DNA of 21,530 bases from Candidatus Undinarchaeales archaeon. Its GTDB lineage: Archaea; SpSt-1190; JASMDC01. Location: assembly GCA_030753015.1 (NCBI GenBank), contig JASMDC010000052.1:1-21530 (forward strand), in the 5' to 3' direction. A model generated the notes under the pieces. It was not told where the DNA came from. It saw only the letters and a list, made by a program, of their open reading frames with translations, and did no database searches. Position numbers and translations under genes: made by a program. Of this stretch, positions 17,079 through 21,530 are shown in pieces (within the stretch, counting starts at the first letter, position 1; every line of letters begins with the position of its first letter).

Positions 17079-18536
17079 ATGGTTGAACCCGAGGTCACGA
17101 AGGACGGCATCCCGGCGCCAGAGAAGGTACCGGCTTATGCGGAGAAGAAGGACATCACCCCCCCCCTCAGCGGGACCCCTACGCCCGTGAAGGGCGAGGT
17201 CGTTCCTGAAAAGGAACCCTCGGACGCACCGTCAGATAATGAGCCGACAGACGCGCCCACTGTAGTAATCGAGGAGGAGGAAGCACCGAAGGGTGGATTC
17301 TTCGCAAAGATCAAGGGCGCGCTCGGTCTCGATAAGAAGAAGGATGAGGAAGGCCCTGTGGAGGAAGAGAAGATCGAGGAAGGGCCTGCCGAGGAGAAGA
17401 AGGATGAGGACAAGGAATCGATCCCATCAACTCCAGGAGCGTTACCTCCCGCACCACCACCCCCGCCCCGCGCGGGTCTGAAGGAGACCGGTGCACCTGA
17501 GAAGGATGTGCTGAAACCCACGATGCCTTCGGCCTTCCCACCACCGACACCAGGCACGGGCCTCACCGGTGCACCCATACCACCGTTCGCCATCAAGAAG
17601 GGAGAAGAGAAGAAGGACGAGGCAAAGCCGTCAGGTTTCCCTCCGCCACCACCAAGCATCAAGAAGGAGGAACCGCTGAAGCCAACCGTGTTCCCGCCAC
17701 CACCGCCCGTCTCGGCCCCTGCGCCGAAGCCGCCCGAGCCGATGGTGGACTTCACGAAGCCGGCCGCTCCGTTCACAGCATCGGCACCACCTCCCGCGTT
17801 CGCACCCTCTGCGACGCCAACTGCCCCGAAGCCAGCGGCTGCACCGGCACCCTCGCCCCCGATCGCACCGCCAGTAGCGGTTCCTGCCCCGATGGCGCCC
17901 GCTAAGCCGGCAGTCATCTCGGACCCGGTCGCGTTCCACGGCAAGAGCATGAAGATCGAAGGTCTGGACTTTCCTGTCGTGACCGACCTCGCGTCGTTCG
18001 CTGGGAAGACGCTCATGCTCGTCAAGCCGACCACGCCTCTCACTCCCGAGGAGGTCGAGGCCATTGTCAGCAAGGTCCAGGGGGGGATGGGACTGCTCGT
18101 CGTCGGTGACGGCGGCTTCGACAACACCCATCTCAATCCGCTGGCCAAGAAGTTCAGCGTCGAGTTCAACAACGACATCATATCGACGGTCGACCAGACA
18201 GGATCGACCAGCTACACACCGTACATGTACGCCATGCCGCACCCAATCACGAGCCAGATACAGTACTTCCAAGTGGACAAGAGCTGCTCTCTCAAGCTCG
18301 GCGACTGGCACAAGCAGGTGCTGCTCTTCTCGGCCAAGGAGAGCTTCTCCGACGCGGACTGGGACGGCAGCTGGGAGCAGGGCGAGTACGTCGGTTCCTG
18401 CTCGGTCATGGCCCGATACGATGCAGCGAACTGCCGGGTCGTGTTCATCGGGGATGGCATCATGTTCGAGCGGGGCTCGGAGCAGGACCTTAAGCTCCTG
18501 GACGCAGTGCACAAGTGGCTGAACCGGGAGATCTAG
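17079..18536 (+). CDS. Pro/Glu-rich disordered protein with C-terminal GIFT (GldG/IFT52, DUF4350-like) domain
   Basis: AGGTGG RBS 17066-17071 before ATG 17079; ~285-aa low-complexity region; C-domain LTPEEVEAI...GGMGLLVVGD...LNPLAKKFSVEFNND...HPIT...RVVFIGDGIMF. Domain call is by motif recall. Confidence 0.7.
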   Translation: MVEPEVTKDGIPAPEKVPAYAEKKDITPPLSGTPTPVKGEVVPEKEPSDAPSDNEPTDAPTVVIEEEEAPKGGFFAKIKGALGLDKKKDEEGPVEEEKIEEGPAEEKKDEDKESIPSTPGALPPAPPPPPRAGLKETGAPEKDVLKPTMPSAFPPPTPGTGLTGAPIPPFAIKKGEEKKDEAKPSGFPPPPPSIKKEEPLKPTVFPPPPPVSAPAPKPPEPMVDFTKPAAPFTASAPPPAFAPSATPTAPKPAAAPAPSPPIAPPVAVPAPMAPAKPAVISDPVAFHGKSMKIEGLDFPVVTDLASFAGKTLMLVKPTTPLTPEEVEAIVSKVQGGMGLLVVGDGGFDNTHLNPLAKKFSVEFNNDIISTVDQTGSTSYTPYMYAMPHPITSQIQYFQVDKSCSLKLGDWHKQVLLFSAKESFSDADWDGSWEQGEYVGSCSVMARYDAANCRVVFIGDGIMFERGSEQDLKLLDAVHKWLNREI

Positions 18537-18626
18537 GGACGCTACTGAGGCGGGGGACGACGCGCTCCCCGCCCAACCATAGGGATAAAAAGCTGAGCCC
18601 AGAGTAGGCCGCAAGGGGGTTATTCA

Positions 18627-19166
18627 ATGCCGTCCAAGAAGGCCACTATGTTCCGCGAGGCCATGCGTGAGTTCTGGGACTCGATTCCCAAGCTAGTGGT
18701 CAACCTCGGGACCGCTTACCTGATCTACCTGTTCGGGATGAACGCGTTCATCCCGCTGGCCGATTCCCTCGGACTGACCATCGGCGGCCTTGCCGTCTCA
18801 CAGGTCACCAGTGTCGTGGTGCTGTGCGCCATGGCCCTTCTGGTATACAGGTCCTTGAGCGAGCTTCGCGACATCGCCGAGGCGCTGGCGAAGTTCCTTG
18901 CGGTCCAGGTGGGCGAGGATGTCACTGACGAGGAGGTCGAGGACTACCGGACAGCCATCCGCGGCCTCATTACTGTGGGCGCTATCGTTATCGCCCTGTA
19001 CTTCTTCCTGGGGATGCTCAGGGGGATCAACGTGGTCGTTGCCGGCGTAGTCTACATCATCGCCGTCCTCTACTGCATCATGCTGCTCCTGCGGACAGGT
19101 TCTGCTCTGGAGCGCGAGATTGGCGCGTGGGCCGAGGAGAAGGCCCGTCGCCTTGATAGCAAGTAA
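18627..19166 (+). CDS. Hypothetical 4-TM membrane protein (paralogue A)
   Basis: Four hydrophobic segments in two hairpins separated by a charged helix; clear similarity to the next gene. Confidence 0.85.
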   Translation: MPSKKATMFREAMREFWDSIPKLVVNLGTAYLIYLFGMNAFIPLADSLGLTIGGLAVSQVTSVVVLCAMALLVYRSLSELRDIAEALAKFLAVQVGEDVTDEEVEDYRTAIRGLITVGAIVIALYFFLGMLRGINVVVAGVVYIIAVLYCIMLLLRTGSALEREIGAWAEEKARRLDSK

Positions 19167-19213
19167 ACAGAATCATGATCACATCTGATACTGATGTGGA
19201 GGTGCTTTGAGAA

Positions 19214-19777
19214 ATGGCAGACCTGACAGCTAAGACATATGCTGAGGCCATGCGGGAGATCTTTGACAGCGTCCCGAAATTGGTGGTCAATCTACTGACC
19301 GCCTTTCTGATCTACATCTTCGGGAACAAGGTCTTCACCACGATCTCAGCCAGGCTCGGACTGACCATCGCAGGGATCCAAGTGGTTCCCCTCATCAACG
19401 CGGTGGTTCTCCTGTCCATGATATACTTCGTGTACAAGTGCTTCGGAGAGATCCGCGACATCGCCGAGTCCTTCGGTAAGCTAATCGCCGTGAACATCGG
19501 CGGAGGCGTGATGGACGAGAGCGAGGTCAAGGATTACTCGTCCGCGATGCGCGGGATCCTGTACGCTATCGCCCTGACGGCGCTGTCCTACTTCTTCATG
19601 GACGTGCTCAACGGGGTGCACGGTATGCTCGCCGGCTTAGCCATGGTGCTTATCGTCATCATGGTCATCCTGCTGCTGTTCCAGTCCGTGAACGCGCTCA
19701 ACAGGCAGTTCACTGCGCTGGGCAAGCAGGCGGCCGACCAGATACTCGCTGAGGCCGAAAAGTCCGCGAAGAAGTAA
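19214..19777 (+). CDS. Hypothetical 4-TM membrane protein (paralogue B)
   Basis: GGAGGTG RBS at 19198-19204; EAMREIFDSVPKLVVNL aligns with EAMREFWDSIPKLVVNL of paralogue A. Confidence 0.88.
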   Translation: MADLTAKTYAEAMREIFDSVPKLVVNLLTAFLIYIFGNKVFTTISARLGLTIAGIQVVPLINAVVLLSMIYFVYKCFGEIRDIAESFGKLIAVNIGGGVMDESEVKDYSSAMRGILYAIALTALSYFFMDVLNGVHGMLAGLAMVLIVIMVILLLFQSVNALNRQFTALGKQAADQILAEAEKSAKK

Positions 19778-19795
19778 AGAACACACCTGAGGGCG

Positions 19796-20152
19796 ATGAC
19801 GATGACGTTGGAGGACCATGCGCAGAGGATATTGACCCCGCTGGCCATCATCGCGCTCGTCATCGCCCTAATCTCCTTTTTCGGGATGGTGGCCGCTGGC
19901 AACGTCCCGCCAAAGGTCAAGGAGTTACCTGCCTTGGCGAACGCGGTAGGCACCCTCAACGCCACCCTGACGGCTCCCATAGGCGAGACGAACATGCTCG
20001 CAGTCCTTGTCATAGCCGGTCTCCTGATCATGATCCTTTCGTGCTATATGATGAGCCAAAGATTCTACAGGATGGTCGAGGAAGGCGTCGCCGCCATGGA
20101 CATCGAATATGATGGAAACGTCGTGGATGATGAAGAGGCGTCCGAAGAGTAG
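19796..20152 (+). CDS. Hypothetical 2-TM membrane protein with acidic tail
   Basis: Starts 18 nt after the previous stop; two hydrophobic helices; DIEYDGNVVDDEEASEE tail. Confidence 0.75.
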   Translation: MTMTLEDHAQRILTPLAIIALVIALISFFGMVAAGNVPPKVKELPALANAVGTLNATLTAPIGETNMLAVLVIAGLLIMILSCYMMSQRFYRMVEEGVAAMDIEYDGNVVDDEEASEE

Positions 20153-20235
20153 CCAGTTCCAGAATCCGTCCTCGTTCCCCTCAGGTAACTATATAATCTG
20201 AAGACCGTGCCGGACCTTCTCAACGAGGCACTGGT

Positions 20236-21039
20236 ATGTACGACGTCGAGCATCAGTTGGAGTGTGACGATCCCGCTCTGAGAGAGCGCATCTGTGAGGC
20301 GTACGACTTCTGTTCCACTCTCACTGGCGGACTTGAGGGCGAGTACAACCTCCGGGTGCTACCCAAGGAGGAGTTCCTCCAGGCACAGAAAGAGGATCAC
20401 GGCATCAGTGATGGCGAGCTCCGTCGCATGGGATACTTCATCGACCGCGGCAATCATGTGGGTAATGCCTACAGAGACGAGGCTCTCCTGTGCGGGAGGG
20501 GGCGCTCCGCCTCCGTCCGGTGGGCGGTCCACGAGGTCCAGGGGCACGGCTACATGTTCCAGAATACGAGTGTGGGGCATGCCATGAAGGAGGCGTGGGA
20601 CGATGACGACCGCTACAACGCCATATTCCACTCGTGCAATGTCTCCGGCGAGGGTTTCGCCACATGGATCGATCACAAGTACGTAGCCAGCCGCGGATTC
20701 CTCGGCAAGGTAGGCGAGCTCTTTGAGCGGTACGAGGAATGGCTTGGTGCTCTTTTTGGCGAGAACAGGGAGTATTGGCGCGGTTCTAAGCAATGCCGGA
20801 AGATAGAGAAGGAGTTCGGTGAGAAGAACGTCGCTGTGGCCTACCGTGTCGCCCTTGATGTAGACATGGACCTCGAGGCACCCAGTGATGAGCTTTCCTC
20901 ACAACTCACCCACCCTGAGAACAATGCTGACAAGCGATTCGCCTTCTTCGCGTCCCTCAAGAATCCCGGTATCGATGAGGACGACACTGAGGGCTTCGAG
21001 GCCTATGTCAGGGATAAGCTGTCATCTCTCGTACGATGA
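20236..21039 (+). CDS. Putative zinc metallopeptidase (HExxGH + EGFA)
   Basis: AVHEVQGHGY (20530-20547) and SGEGFATW 40 residues after the first His; TATATAA at 20190-20196. Confidence 0.6.
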   Translation: MYDVEHQLECDDPALRERICEAYDFCSTLTGGLEGEYNLRVLPKEEFLQAQKEDHGISDGELRRMGYFIDRGNHVGNAYRDEALLCGRGRSASVRWAVHEVQGHGYMFQNTSVGHAMKEAWDDDDRYNAIFHSCNVSGEGFATWIDHKYVASRGFLGKVGELFERYEEWLGALFGENREYWRGSKQCRKIEKEFGEKNVAVAYRVALDVDMDLEAPSDELSSQLTHPENNADKRFAFFASLKNPGIDEDDTEGFEAYVRDKLSSLVR

Positions 21040-21045
21040 GCTTCC

Positions 21046-21530
21046 TCATCTCTCTCTGTCGTGTTCACTGAGGATGTATTTGTCTTCCCATTTCTCCGCT
21101 GTCTTTTCGTCCACTTCTGGGATAGGCCCATCCTCCTCACGTCCGAACGGTCTGACATGCTTTCTCCAGGCAAGCCCTAGGAAGAAGCCAGCGAGAAGCC
21201 CCCCAAGATGCCCTTCGTACGCTATGTTCTCTGCATGTCCGTACACACCGGCGGTGTCCAGGGCCAGCCATATGCCACCCAGAACGATGACCGGGAGCGG
21301 TGCTCCCCAGTAAACGATGAGCGTCGGCCTCATGGCCGCTATCGCTCCCACAACTCCTCTGGCTGCCCCGGATGCACCCAACACCCTGACATGTGGGTAG
21401 GCCTGCATGACGGCTATGCTAGATGCCAGTTCTGCGATAAGCAAGATCGTTATGAAACGGCGGGTCCCCGCAATACGCTCGAGAATGAATCCGAAAAGAA
21501 TAAGCGGAAAGAGGTTGTGCAGGAGGTGTT
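21046..21530 (-). CDS. Rhomboid family intramembrane serine protease (5' end outside the window)
   Basis: Frame is open to the window edge: HLLHNLFPL...LERIAGTRRF...GASGA...AYEGHLGGLLAG (HxxxN, GxS and catalytic His motifs). Confidence 0.92.
   Translation of the reverse strand, partial: HLLHNLFPLILFGFILERIAGTRRFITILLIAELASSIAVMQAYPHVRVLGASGAARGVVGAIAAMRPTLIVYWGAPLPVIVLGGIWLALDTAGVYGHAENIAYEGHLGGLLAGFFLGLAWRKHVRPFGREEDGPIPEVDEKTAEKWEDKYILSEHDRER

Overview
Archaeal chromosomal window; coding regions are GC-rich, with BRE/TATA promoters and GGTGA/GGAGG ribosome-binding sites. Left to right: a protein made of six 'homing-endonuclease-associated' repeats plus a winged helix but no nuclease; a thermosome subunit; a 125-bp tandem duplication that copies the tbp 3' end; an adjacent, divergent tfb-tbp pair; a ~1.65-kb integrase-less islet at tRNA-Ser(GCT) carrying one AAA/DUF4143 ATPase; an orphan gene; a deoxynucleoside kinase; ftsZ (FtsZ2 type); a ~0.8-kb very AT-rich gene-free tract followed by an ORB-like box fused to tRNA-Pro(CGG) (candidate oriC, no cdc6 in the window); a small wHTH protein; a bacterial-type cbpA/dnaJ-clpB operon; an ICMT/PEMT-family membrane methyltransferase; an uncharacterised cluster (FPPPP-rich disordered protein with a GIFT-like domain, two paralogous 4-TM proteins, a 2-TM protein, an HExxGH peptidase); and a partial rhomboid. 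All calls come from reading the sequence by eye; no searches were run.
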